A stretch of DNA of 64,000 nucleotides from a virus, in IMG/VR virus record IMGVR_UViG_3300032323_001800, positions 64,001-128,000 of that record. One strand, 5' to 3'. Below the pieces are notes generated by a model. That model did not search any database and was not told where the DNA came from. It saw only the letters and a program-made list of their open reading frames with translations. Positions 48,012 to 58,600 of the stretch are shown here, piece after piece; position 1 is the first letter of the stretch, and each line of letters starts with the position of its first letter. The position numbers were made by a program, and so were the translations under genes.

Positions 48012-48040
48012 CAAAAAAGCGTCATTTGACGCTGATTTTT
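48012..48040 (+). terminator. probable intrinsic terminator
   Basis: agcgtc-attt-gacgct stem (48018-48033), A-run before and gattttt after. Confidence 0.5.
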
Positions 48041-48050
48041 AATCTACGTA

Positions 48051-48057
48051 GTAAATA
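48051..48057 (+). promoter_or_regulatory. late promoter GTAAATA
   Basis: Upstream of an AGGAGG SD and the ATG at 48097. Confidence 0.55.
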
Positions 48058-48096
48058 AAACTGACAGCTTTATAACCAATTTTTAGGAGGAATACC

Positions 48097-48909
48097 ATGG
48101 CAGATCAAAACAAAATTGCCGAGATGTTAGAACATCTTGTTAATGACGACCAAGCAAAAGCAGAAGAGCTTTTCCACGAATACATTGTTGCAAAATCAAG
48201 AGAAATCTATGAAGATTTAATTGAATCAGAAATTGAAGAAGTTTCTGACGAAGAAGTTGATGAAGCAGCAGAAAAAGACGAAGATCAAGAAGATGAAGAT
48301 CTTGACGAGAATTTTGAAGATTTAAATTTCGCTGAAGCCGACGACGAAACAGACGACCTAGTAGCTGATACAGAAATGGACGGTGAAGAAGACGGTGAAG
48401 AAATGGGCGACGAAGAAGGCGATGAGTCTGACGACAGCATTGAAGACCGTGTTATGGATTTAGAAGATCACATGGCAGAATTAGAAGCAGAATTTGCTAA
48501 ACTACAGGGCGATGAAGAAGGTGAAGAGCACATGGGCGGTGATGACATGGGCGACATGGGCGACATGCCAATGAAAGACGAGTTCGAACTATCAACTGTT
48601 CGTGAATACGTTGAAAAAGTTGCACCAGCTAAAATGGGCGACAACGGCACAAACGCTAAGAGCACTGTAGCAGGCAAGAACGATATGGGTGGCACTACTG
48701 CAAATATTGCTAAAGGCGGAGAGTCTAAAGGCGAAGGTACTAAAGGCGGTTTATTAAATCCTGCAACTAAGGAAGATAACGCTGGCAATATCAACGTTCC
48801 AGGCGGCAAAGCAGGTAATTCTTTTAGCAAGAAAGAACCAGGTCATGGCGCAGAAAAGAAAGGCGCAGCTGAACAAGCTGAAAACAAGCAAAGTCTTTTC
48901 CGTAAGTGA
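48097..48909 (+). CDS. acidic prohead core protein
   Basis: Very Asp/Glu-rich, directly upstream of the protease, strong SD; call rests on synteny. Confidence 0.65.
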   Translation: MADQNKIAEMLEHLVNDDQAKAEELFHEYIVAKSREIYEDLIESEIEEVSDEEVDEAAEKDEDQEDEDLDENFEDLNFAEADDETDDLVADTEMDGEEDGEEMGDEEGDESDDSIEDRVMDLEDHMAELEAEFAKLQGDEEGEEHMGGDDMGDMGDMPMKDEFELSTVREYVEKVAPAKMGDNGTNAKSTVAGKNDMGGTTANIAKGGESKGEGTKGGLLNPATKEDNAGNINVPGGKAGNSFSKKEPGHGAEKKGAAEQAENKQSLFRK

Positions 48910-48922
48910 TTGGAGCGAATAG

Positions 48923-49558
48923 GTGAAAAACTATCTTAGAGAAAATTTGAGTTTTGACCAAGCTGGTCTGGTCCTTGAGAGTACCGAAGATGACAAGGGA
49001 GGAAAAACTCTCCATCTAAATGGTATTTGCATTCAAGGCGACATCAGGAATGCTAATCAGAGAGTTTATCCATCTTCTGAAATTGGTAGGGCTGTCAAAA
49101 CTGTCAATGAACAGATTGCTGGCGGGTACTCAGTTCTCGGAGAAGTCGATCACCCTGCAGATTTACGCATTAACTTAGACCGTGTATCACACATGATTAC
49201 AAAAATGTGGATGGACGGTCCTAATGGTTACGGCAAAATGAAGATTCTACCAACTCCTATGGGACAATTAATTCAAACCATGTTGGAGAGTGGAGTCAAA
49301 CTAGGCGTATCAAGCAGAGGATCAGGTAACGTATCAGAAGACGGTGATGGCAAAGTTTCTGACTTTGAAATCATCACTGTTGATATTGTTGCTCAACCAT
49401 CTGCTCCTGGTGCTTACCCAACCCCAGTTTATGAACACCTAATGAATAATGTAGGTGGTATGAAGGCATTTAATATAGCAAGGGAAGTTCAAGGCGACTC
49501 TAAGGCACAGCAATACATAGCAGAAAGTCTTAAGAAAATTATTTCGAGACTAAACTAA
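48923..49558 (+). CDS. gp21: prohead protease
   Basis: GICIQGDIRNANQRVYP, LGEVDHP, LGVSSRGSG, DIVAQPSAPGA. Confidence 0.95.
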   Translation: MKNYLRENLSFDQAGLVLESTEDDKGGKTLHLNGICIQGDIRNANQRVYPSSEIGRAVKTVNEQIAGGYSVLGEVDHPADLRINLDRVSHMITKMWMDGPNGYGKMKILPTPMGQLIQTMLESGVKLGVSSRGSGNVSEDGDGKVSDFEIITVDIVAQPSAPGAYPTPVYEHLMNNVGGMKAFNIAREVQGDSKAQQYIAESLKKIISRLN

Positions 49559-49573
49559 CAGTAGGAGAATCAC

Positions 49574-50665
49574 ATGCTAGATTTTGTAAAACAACTCTTT
49601 GAAAACAATGTGATTTCCGAAGAAATGAAATCGGAAATTGAAACCGCTTGGCAAAGCAGAATTCAAGAGAACCGTGATCATGTCACAGCAGAACTACGTG
49701 AAGAATTTGCTCAGAAATATGAGCATGACAAACAAGCTATGGTTGAAGCCGTAGATAAGATGATCGTTGATCGCCTTAACACTGAAATTTCAGAGTTAGC
49801 CGAAGACCGCAATCAACTAATCGAAGCTAAAGCCAAGTACGCTAAGAAAATGAAAGATGATGCTAAGAAAATGGAAGAATTCGTTCTCCGTAAATTAGCA
49901 ACAGAACTTTCTGAACTTCACGAAGACCGCAAAGCAGTAGCAGATAATTTTGCTAAACTAGAGGGCTTCATTGTAGGCTCACTAGCTAAAGAAATCGCAG
50001 AATTCCACTCAGACAAGAAAGACCTAGCTGAAACAAAAGTCAAACTTGTCCGTGAAAGCAAAGCAAAATTTGAACAAGTTCGTAAGGACTTTATCTCTAA
50101 ATCATCTAAAATCGTTGAAGGTGTAGTTGCTAAAACACTACGCACTGAAATGGTTCAATTAAAAGAAGATATTGAAGCTGCTCGTAAAAATGACTTTGGT
50201 CGCAGAATCTTTGAAAGCTTCGCAAGCGAATATGCTTCAAGCCACTTGAATGAGAAGTCTGAAACAGCAAAACTATTAAAAGTAGTTGCTGAAAAAGAAG
50301 CTGCTCTAAAAGAAGCTAAGAAAGCAGTTGCTGAAAAAGAAACAATTGTTGAAAGCAAGGAAAAAGAAATCCGTGTCGCAAATGACATGGCAGCTCGTAA
50401 AGAAGTAATGAGCGAATTACTTGGACCTTTAGCTAGAGATAGTAAAGCAGTAATGTCAGAGTTGCTAGAATCTGTAGCAACAGACAAGTTACGAGGAGCA
50501 TACGATAAGTATCTACCAGCTGTAATGGCCGGCGACGCTCCAAAGAAAAAGGCATTAGTCGAAGGCAAAGAAATTACAGGCAATAAAGAGGCTACACAGC
50601 ACAGCGGAGAGGAAAAAACCGCTGAAATATTTACAATCCGCAAGCTCGCGGGACTTAAAGTTTAA
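49574..50665 (+). CDS. gp22: prohead scaffolding protein
   Basis: Coiled-coil protein between protease and capsid genes; FGRRIFESF motif. Confidence 0.85.
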   Translation: MLDFVKQLFENNVISEEMKSEIETAWQSRIQENRDHVTAELREEFAQKYEHDKQAMVEAVDKMIVDRLNTEISELAEDRNQLIEAKAKYAKKMKDDAKKMEEFVLRKLATELSELHEDRKAVADNFAKLEGFIVGSLAKEIAEFHSDKKDLAETKVKLVRESKAKFEQVRKDFISKSSKIVEGVVAKTLRTEMVQLKEDIEAARKNDFGRRIFESFASEYASSHLNEKSETAKLLKVVAEKEAALKEAKKAVAEKETIVESKEKEIRVANDMAARKEVMSELLGPLARDSKAVMSELLESVATDKLRGAYDKYLPAVMAGDAPKKKALVEGKEITGNKEATQHSGEEKTAEIFTIRKLAGLKV

Positions 50666-50677
50666 GGAGAACTACAA

Positions 50678-51847
50678 ATGTCAGAACTACTCGAGTCACG
50701 CTGGCAGGAAACCAGAGAGGCACTATTAGAAGGCCTTCAAGGTACAAAGCGTACAGTAATGGCGACTACTCTAGAAAATACCCGCAAGTATTTGTCGGAG
50801 AGTGCTACTGCTGGTGCTACATCTGCCGGTAACGTTGCAACCCTAAATCGTGTGATCCTTCCAGTGATCAGACGTGTGATGCCTACGGTCATCGCTAATG
50901 AATTAGTTGGCGTACAGCCAATGACTGGCCCAGTTGGTCAAATCCACACTCTACGTGTTCGCTATGCAGATACATTTGCTGGCAGCACTGGTGGTGCGAC
51001 TACAGCAGGTGAAGAAGCACTAAGCCCATTCAAAATTGCTGAAGGCTATGCTGGTACAACTTCTGGTAAGGCCGCTGCTACTGCTGCCCTAGAAGGTAAT
51101 GCTGGTAACAAGATGAGCATTCAAATCTTGAAACAAACTGTTGAAGCAAAGACACGCAAGCTATCAGCTCGCTGGACTTTCGAAGCAGCTCAAGATGCAC
51201 AAGCTCAACAAGGTATTGATATCGAAGCAGAAATCATGGCTGCTCTTGCACAAGAGATTACAGCTGAGATCGATCAAGAAGTTCTACGTAGCCTACGCAC
51301 TTTAGCAGGCTCACAGAACAATATCAACTACAACCAAGCAGCAGTTTCTGGTACAGCTACATTCGTCGGTGACGAACACGCTGCTCTAGCAGTTGCTATT
51401 AACCGTGTTGCTAACACAATCGCTCAACGCACACGTCGTGGTGCAGGTAACTGGGCAGTTGTTTCCCCAACAGCATTAACAATTCTTCAATCTGCTACTA
51501 CTAGCGCATTTGCTCGTACAACAGAAGGCACTTTCGAAGCACCTACAAACACTAAGTTTGCTGGTACATTGAACAATGCTATGAAGATCTATGTTAATAC
51601 ATATGCTGAAGATGACACAGTTCTAGTTGGTTACAAAGGCTCTTCTGAGTCTGATGCAGCAGCATTCTATTGCCCATACATTCCATTGATGAGCAGTGGT
51701 GTTGTTCTTGATCCATCAACTTTTGAACCAGTTGTAAGCTTCATGACAAGATATGGCTATGTTGAATTAACTAACACAGCATCATCTCTTGGTAACGCAG
51801 CTGACTACTTAGGTACTGTTGGTATTTCCAACGCTTCATTCACCTAA
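50678..51847 (+). CDS. gp23: major capsid protein
   Basis: IANELVGVQPMTGPVGQI, VEAKTRKLSARWTFEAAQD, EITAEIDQE, AFYCPYIPL, MTRYG. Confidence 0.95.
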   Translation: MSELLESRWQETREALLEGLQGTKRTVMATTLENTRKYLSESATAGATSAGNVATLNRVILPVIRRVMPTVIANELVGVQPMTGPVGQIHTLRVRYADTFAGSTGGATTAGEEALSPFKIAEGYAGTTSGKAAATAALEGNAGNKMSIQILKQTVEAKTRKLSARWTFEAAQDAQAQQGIDIEAEIMAALAQEITAEIDQEVLRSLRTLAGSQNNINYNQAAVSGTATFVGDEHAALAVAINRVANTIAQRTRRGAGNWAVVSPTALTILQSATTSAFARTTEGTFEAPTNTKFAGTLNNAMKIYVNTYAEDDTVLVGYKGSSESDAAAFYCPYIPLMSSGVVLDPSTFEPVVSFMTRYGYVELTNTASSLGNAADYLGTVGISNASFT

Positions 51848-51874
51848 TCAAAGGTCAAACGTTTTATACGTTTC

Positions 51875-51898
51875 AAAAAGGCTCTTCGGAGCCTTTTT
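51875..51898 (+). terminator. intrinsic terminator with C(UUCG)G loop
   Basis: aaaaaggctc-ttcg-gagccttttt directly after gp23. Confidence 0.9.
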
Positions 51899-51905
51899 GT
51901 TTGAC

Positions 51906-51912
51906 TTAAATA
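51906..51912 (+). promoter_or_regulatory. late promoter-like TTAAATA
   Basis: Lies after the terminator, 8 nt before the ATG at 51921. Confidence 0.45.
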
Positions 51913-51920
51913 TCTGAGAT

Positions 51921-52190
51921 ATGCAGATAGAATCGGATAAAGATTTCCCTCAATTACGAAAACAATTTGATGTTTGGCGCAAACGATTTCCTATGTTTAA
52001 ACATGATGTAACACATATAGAAAAAATCATAGAAACACACATTCAAAATCACAGTATTATTATGGTACATTATCGACAGACAAAAAGTAAGTCGTGGTTA
52101 GAAAAAGCACAGAACGAAATTAATGAAATTAATCGGGTTGTTAATACTGTGGAAAAAATTGAGTTGATGTCAATGCTGAGCCGTGGATAA
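51921..52190 (+). CDS. hypothetical protein (89 aa)
   Basis: Clean ORF; no motif recognised. Confidence 0.7.
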   Translation: MQIESDKDFPQLRKQFDVWRKRFPMFKHDVTHIEKIIETHIQNHSIIMVHYRQTKSKSWLEKAQNEINEINRVVNTVEKIELMSMLSRG

Positions 52191-52277
52191 ATAAAGTATC
52201 TAGAGCGTACTTATAGTAAGTAACTTATGGGGTAACCATCCTCGTAGACCTAGAACGTCAAATTAAGGAGAAACAAA
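52186..52277 (+). promoter_or_regulatory. late promoter GATAAATA (52186-52193) plus structured 5' leader
   Basis: Stems tctag/ctaga (52199-52203/52250-52254), tactta/taagta (52208-52222) and atgg-ggtaa-ccat (52227-52239). Confidence 0.5.
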
Positions 52278-52673
52278 ATGGGACGTCCATTAAGAAAAGA
52301 TATATTAGGTACTGATGTTATTGGTACATTCACAAGTGATACCGGTGTTAGAGTTGATTACCATGACGGTAGTTCTTTAGTAAGCACAGGTATTATCAAA
52401 AAACAACGTGGCGCAAAAACATTTGTATGCGCACCTAACGCAACACCTACAGATACTACATCATTTAGAACTGTTGTATTAACTAATGCTGCTGCTGGAG
52501 CACTAACAAGCGGCCAAATGAGATTAACTGGCTATGTTGGCGGCAACGCTGATTCAGGCCGTGCTCTAGCAAAGATTACAAAACGTGTGGCTGTTGATTT
52601 CAGCGGCAATCGTTATACCTGGGTTCTTGCTAACGATTCAACAAACGATTATATTGTTTTAACAGCTATCTAA
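52278..52673 (+). CDS. probable virion structural protein (131 aa)
   Basis: Strong AAGGAG SD, late promoter, beta-rich, located after the capsid gene. Confidence 0.6.
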   Translation: MGRPLRKDILGTDVIGTFTSDTGVRVDYHDGSSLVSTGIIKKQRGAKTFVCAPNATPTDTTSFRTVVLTNAAAGALTSGQMRLTGYVGGNADSGRALAKITKRVAVDFSGNRYTWVLANDSTNDYIVLTAI

Positions 52674-52687
52674 ATCGAGATCGATAA

Positions 52688-54220
52688 ATGAGTCAAGTAT
52701 TACAAACTAATTGCGATTATAAAATAAAGACGCAGTCCGGTGGAACAATAACACTAGACACTAGTCCAGTCGCTGGAAGTAATGGTACTGTAAGAATTAC
52801 AGGTAACTTATTAGTTGAAGGTGAGCAATTAACAATTAATACCACTGACTTGTTTGTCGAAGATAATATTATTAGATTGAACATCGGCGAAACTGGTAAC
52901 GGAGTAACTGAAGGTTACTCCGGTATTGAAATCGATCGAGGAGTTGATGGTAGCGAAACAAATCTCTATGCTACATTTTGGTTTAATGAAAGCACAGACA
53001 GCTGGGAAATCGTTCAACAATCTGGTGGTCCAACACCAGTCATACGCTTTGATAACAGTACATTAAAGCTTCGAGCAATTACTACAAATGCAACTACAGA
53101 TGAAGGCGACTTAACTCTAATAGGAGCAGGAACCGGAGTTGTTAAAGTAGAAGGTACTATTAACTACGAACAACAAGTTACCAGCGACGATGATATTCCA
53201 AACAAGAGATATGTAGATTTAACTGTTAGAAATAGAGAGCCTGCCAATAGAATTCAACGTAGCAACTCGTATGTTAAAGTTCAAGACGTTGATGGAGGTG
53301 CTACTGGCCGTGCTGTACTTGGAGTACTAGCAGGTGTTATTAACCAGCCAGGTTTAAATTACGAAGTTGGTGATTTAATTTATCTTACTTCGGGAACATA
53401 CAGCGAACCAGCCTTGTGGGAAGTAACTGGAGTTGTATTCGGTACTGGTGCTATTTCAGCAATTGATCCAATTGAACAGGGATTTTATACAGAACTTTCT
53501 GTAACAAATACCAGTTCGCCCACAACTACCGACAGTACAAATGGTTTCGGAGCTACACTAAATCTAGAATGGGTTGTAAGAACTGTTGAAATAATTAATG
53601 CTGGTAACGACTACGAAGCAGCTAACGTGTTTTTTAGTTTTAATTCACCTAGTGAAACTCAAGCAACAGGCACAGTTGTTATAGATACCGACCCGCTATC
53701 AGAAGACTATCGTAGAATTACTGACGTAACTATTGTGGGTGGTGGTGAATATTTTGCAATACCTGCAGTTACATTCTCGGCAGGATCTACAACAGATTTA
53801 ACTGAAAGTCAGATAAGCATAGTTGTTGAAGATGCAGTGTCTGCGGTGTTCTATGAAAATAGAGTTGAGATTGGTGGTCTTGAAATTATTGACAATGCTA
53901 TTGTAACTAAGGCAGGTAGAACTAACGACAACATTTTATTAGATCCTAACGGTACTGGTAAAGTTGAAATCAATTACGGTATTCAATTAAACAACGCAGA
54001 TTATGCCCTAATAGCTGTGGCAAACTCCACAGTTGTTTTTGGCGACTCTCCACTAGTTGGTGAAGCAGGAGTATTTTATAATAATACACAGCAAGAAACA
54101 AGATGGAGTCAGTGGGTAACAAACAACAATAATTTTGATGCTACGGATCTAGCAGCAAGACCGGTAAGAAACGAATTAATAAGCAAGAATAAAGCACTTG
54201 TAATGAGTATGCTATTCTAA
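52688..54220 (+). CDS. virion fibre/neck-appendage-like protein (510 aa)
   Basis: VEDNIIRLN.GE..GV..GYSGIEIDRG motif, DIPNKRYVD, G.GY repeats, hydrophobic C-terminus. Confidence 0.6.
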   Translation: MSQVLQTNCDYKIKTQSGGTITLDTSPVAGSNGTVRITGNLLVEGEQLTINTTDLFVEDNIIRLNIGETGNGVTEGYSGIEIDRGVDGSETNLYATFWFNESTDSWEIVQQSGGPTPVIRFDNSTLKLRAITTNATTDEGDLTLIGAGTGVVKVEGTINYEQQVTSDDDIPNKRYVDLTVRNREPANRIQRSNSYVKVQDVDGGATGRAVLGVLAGVINQPGLNYEVGDLIYLTSGTYSEPALWEVTGVVFGTGAISAIDPIEQGFYTELSVTNTSSPTTTDSTNGFGATLNLEWVVRTVEIINAGNDYEAANVFFSFNSPSETQATGTVVIDTDPLSEDYRRITDVTIVGGGEYFAIPAVTFSAGSTTDLTESQISIVVEDAVSAVFYENRVEIGGLEIIDNAIVTKAGRTNDNILLDPNGTGKVEINYGIQLNNADYALIAVANSTVVFGDSPLVGEAGVFYNNTQQETRWSQWVTNNNNFDATDLAARPVRNELISKNKALVMSMLF

Positions 54221-54229
54221 GGATTGAAA

Positions 54230-54592
54230 ATGATAGATAACGCACTTTTAACAACTAGTACAGCAACAATTTTTACAGCACCGGGCGATCCGGGAGATTT
54301 AAATGTCCAGAGCGCCATTACTACAATGATTTTTTGTAATGTACTGACACCAGATGTATCGGCTCCGATAGATGATACTACTAACGAAACATTTATCGAT
54401 GTGTATATTGTAAAATCAGGACAGGCCGCCAGTGACCTAGTTAATGCTGTTGTTAAAAATTTAAGAGTACCTGCAGGCGAAACAGTATTTTTTGATACAG
54501 AAAGATTGGTATTATCATCAGGTGATACTATACAAGCAAAAGCATTAAACAATAATACTGTAGTAGCAACTATTAGTGTATTGCCAGTATGA
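54230..54592 (+). CDS. small beta-sandwich virion protein
   Basis: ITTMIFCNV...IDVYIV...VPAGETV...LVLSSGDTI; start moved to the ATG at 54230. Confidence 0.6.
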   Translation: MIDNALLTTSTATIFTAPGDPGDLNVQSAITTMIFCNVLTPDVSAPIDDTTNETFIDVYIVKSGQAASDLVNAVVKNLRVPAGETVFFDTERLVLSSGDTIQAKALNNNTVVATISVLPV

Positions 54593-55578
54593 AATATTTA
54601 AAAACTAAAAACATTTCTAAATTTAGTATTGCCGACAGATCATTTATTGTCGAGCAGCCTAGCGGAAAAATTACCACAAACTCTCAAGATAGTATAAAAA
54701 TTCCTACAGGGTCCATAGAAAGACGACCTATCGTACCAGATCAAGGTATGATTAGATTTACCACAGACGATACTAATAATCACGAAGATGTGAATACTGC
54801 TACGTATTTTCCAACAAGACCCGTTGGAGTTGAAGCATACTTTGATGGAGAATGGCGTCCTGTAAGATTGCAAGGCCCTGCTGCTATTACTAAAACTTTA
54901 TTAGGTACAGGTAACTGGGATGCGATCCTTCAACCTAACGAAGACCTAAGTAGATTTTTTCCAGCCAGCGGCGAACCATTGGCTATCATTCCAAACAGCG
55001 GTGATAGTGTTATTGTCTTAGTTGAAAACGTATTTCAAATACACGGCGCAGGTAATAACTTTCAATTAATAGAAAGTTCTGGCCAAGTAAGAGCAGTTGA
55101 AATTACCAACGAAGGTTCTAACTATGACACACCAGGAAATGTAACAGTTGCATTTGCTGACCCCTTTACTGGAGGCGGTTGGACTTCTGGCGGAAGCGTA
55201 ACTGTGGGCGATTATGTATCATTTGTTGATAGCTCGGATAAAAACTGGTATTATGTAACTACTGGCACAACGTTAGGTACATCGGGTCCTACACATACTA
55301 GTGGTTCTGCAGCAAACGGTAATACATCTCTAACCTATGTTGGAACCACAGCCCGTGGTATTGTTACTATTGTCGCAGGTGAAATTACAGAAGTTACAAT
55401 AACTGATATCGGTGCTGGATATACAACAGTGCCGGCAGTATCATTTAACGACAGCGGAGCAGAAGGTGCAGGCGCTGCCGGAACAGCAGTGATAACTAAA
55501 CCAGGTTGGCACATTGAATTCTTCTCAGCAGTACCCGACACTAAAAAAGTATATATCTACCACGGTTTCGATCAATAA
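54589..55578 (+). CDS. virion structural protein (329 aa)
   Basis: IP.G...RP...GMIRF module shared with the two giant fibres; GSGA/G.GY-type repeats. Confidence 0.6.
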   Translation: MKYLKTKNISKFSIADRSFIVEQPSGKITTNSQDSIKIPTGSIERRPIVPDQGMIRFTTDDTNNHEDVNTATYFPTRPVGVEAYFDGEWRPVRLQGPAAITKTLLGTGNWDAILQPNEDLSRFFPASGEPLAIIPNSGDSVIVLVENVFQIHGAGNNFQLIESSGQVRAVEITNEGSNYDTPGNVTVAFADPFTGGGWTSGGSVTVGDYVSFVDSSDKNWYYVTTGTTLGTSGPTHTSGSAANGNTSLTYVGTTARGIVTIVAGEITEVTITDIGAGYTTVPAVSFNDSGAEGAGAAGTAVITKPGWHIEFFSAVPDTKKVYIYHGFDQ

Positions 55579-55589
55579 ACTACTGCCAA

Positions 55590-55614
55590 TCTTACGGTAA
55601 ATATCTGTAAGGAG
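55590..55614 (+). promoter_or_regulatory. late promoter GTAAATA inside a hairpin that covers the SD
   Basis: cttacg (55591-55596) pairs with tgtaag (55606-55611); GTAAATA in the loop at 55597-55603; SD aaggag at 55609-55614. Confidence 0.55.
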
Positions 55615-55619
55615 CTCAC

Positions 55620-58600
55620 ATGGCAGATCTAGGTAGAATTTCCGGTCCAATGTTAAAAGACAACCTCTTACGAGGTGGTGTTGATCTTGTCTTTGAAAAT
55701 AGATTAGGCGATAATAATCTTTATCTTGATGTTAATACTACTAAAATTGGTATTAACACAGATTCTATTACTAGAGAATTAACAATTAATGATGCAGTAA
55801 AAACTGATTATTTGATTGTTGATAATTTATTTAGATCCAATAATGTAAGATTTGAAGCATCCTCTATAGAATCCTTGCTTGGAGATTTAGTGTTCAACCC
55901 AGCATCGGGAATTACTAATCTTTCTAGTATATCGACATATGGATTAACAATACAAGATAACATTATTCAAAGTTTAAATTCAAATGAAACTATTGAATTA
56001 AGACCCGACGGTTCAGGTGATGTAAATTTTACAACTGTCGAATTAGATATCGATGGTAATTTACATACTACCGGAGATATTACGTTAGACGGAACAATTA
56101 CTATCGGAAACAGTGATACAGATTCTGTGTCGTTTGCCTCTGATATCGACAGCGATATTATTCCAGATATAAATGAAACATTTAATTTAGGCTCAACATC
56201 TAAAAAATGGTTAGGGGTTCATACTGAATTTGTTAATGGCCAATTATTAGAGACTTCTGGAATATCGGTATCTGGTGTCAATAGTATCTCGTTACGTCAA
56301 GGTAATATTTGGTATGTTGCTGTTAATGGTTCAGACACAAACGTTGGAGATCATCAAAACGGTCCGTTCCTAACTGTTAAACACGCTTTGGAAAATGCCA
56401 ACGGCGGTGATACTGTTTATATCTACCCAGGGGAATATCAAGAAGAATTTCCACTTACGGTGCCAGATGGCGTAACAGTTCGAGGTGCCGGACTACGAGC
56501 TGTTAAAATAACACCCACAGTATTAACTCAAACTAAAGATGCGTTTTTATTACACGGTGATACAACTGTCTCTGATTTAACAGTTGGTGATTTTTATTAC
56601 AACAGTTCTCTAAACACCGGGTACGGATTTAGATTCGCACCTAATTACACAATACCATCTAGATCTCCGTACATTCAGAACATATCAGTTATAACACAAG
56701 AGGTTGCTGGAAATGTATCACCTACATCAATAACAGTGGGTCCATCATCTACCGGAGTGTCTTTAACTAGTAATAGTGTAACTTTATCTAAGACATTTTA
56801 TAGTCAATCTCTCGTAGATTCTCTAGTAGGGCAGACAGCAGTAATTGATAGATATCCTAATCCTCCGTTAATCTATACTGTCGTATCGATTGAAACAGAG
56901 TCACTATCTCCTACAGAATGGAGAATGACAGTTGATACAACTTTTAATCCAACCGGTCAAATTAAGCCTATTAGTTTTTACCCAGACGCCGGATCAATAG
57001 AGATAGTTACTAACGATATCTGGGATACTACAGGAAATTCAGTTGGAGAAAAGTGGGTAGCTTGGTTTAAAACTAATTTACCTGTGGATTTTGAAAATAC
57101 AGTAGAGCCCGGATGGACTATCAATGTAGCAGGCACTATCTATATCGTCGATTATGTAATTGAAGATCCTGTCAATACTAATATGTGGAGAATATATGTT
57201 ACTACTTCATTAGTTGCTGGTACAGGTATTCCAATTTTTTCATCTCCTACTATCGGACCCCCATTACTAGCAGGTCGAGGAGCACTAGCAGACGGAGCAT
57301 ATGCTAATACAGCAACCACTGACTTAACATCTATATCAACTGATAACATTTTTGTTACTGTTAATGGTGAACAAATCGTTACATCCTACGGCGAAGCATC
57401 GATGTTATTCCATTCTGTGACATTTATTGTTCCTAATGCTATTGGACTATATGCTACAAATGGTGTTAGAATAGAATGGTTAAACTCATTCACGTATTTT
57501 GCCAGCAAAGGTCTATATGCTGTAAATGGTGTCGAAGGCCGAGTAAGCATTGACGGTTCTTCAATCAAATACGGTGCCGAGATTCGTAGTATTGGATCAG
57601 CAAACGTGTATGGTCTAGTAGGAGCAGAAGCTGACGGTAATCAAACTTTAATGTATTTGATTAATCACAATTTTGCCTATATTGGTTCCGGACTCGATTC
57701 TACAAACAATCCTTCGAATGTGATACAGACTAACGAAACTATAGAATTAAATTCTGGAAAAATTTATTATCAAAGTTTAGATCATAAAGGCACGTATCGA
57801 GTAGGAGATGTTTTTGTTGTTGATCTAGAGACCGGAGAAATATCAATAGATGGTGTTTCAACATCTTTTGGCGGTATAACAGCACTAAATTTTGTTGACG
57901 AAGACTCCGAAACATTAATAAATGCTTCAACAGTTGATGCTAATAATATAAGAATTTCCGGAAATACAATTTCAAGCATCTCGGGCGATGTTATAATAAC
58001 ATCTCAATCAGATCAGATTAATTTAACACAAAACGTTAATATTGATAAAAACTTAGATATTTCTAATGATTTTATTATCAAAGGACAATTAACAGTTGGT
58101 AACCAACTAGTTGATACAGTTAATTTTGTATCTAAATTAGACGAAGATTTAATTCCTAAACTTGATAACACATATTCAATTGGCTCAAATTTATTAAAGT
58201 GGGATGCTTCTAATATTGAAAATATTGAATTAGACAATTTAAAGTTTTTTGATAATAGAATAAAAACCATAGAGACTAACAGCGATGTAGAATTAACAGC
58301 TCAAGGCACCGGAAGGATTTATACCAGCGTTACGGACGTAGAAATCGAACAGAGTTTAACTGTTAATGGAATTACTGATTTAAAAAATACAAATGTATTA
58401 GGTACTGTAACACATACTGGCAATACACTTCAAACAGGAAATTCTTTCCAAACTGGTGATTATAATCTAACTGGAAGCTTATCTGTAAGTAATGATTTTT
58501 TTACAGAAGATATTGCCTTTATTGACAATAGAGTCATTACTCAAAATTCCAATTCTGATTTAGATTTACGAGCAGCAGGCACTGGTAGAGTATATGTTCC

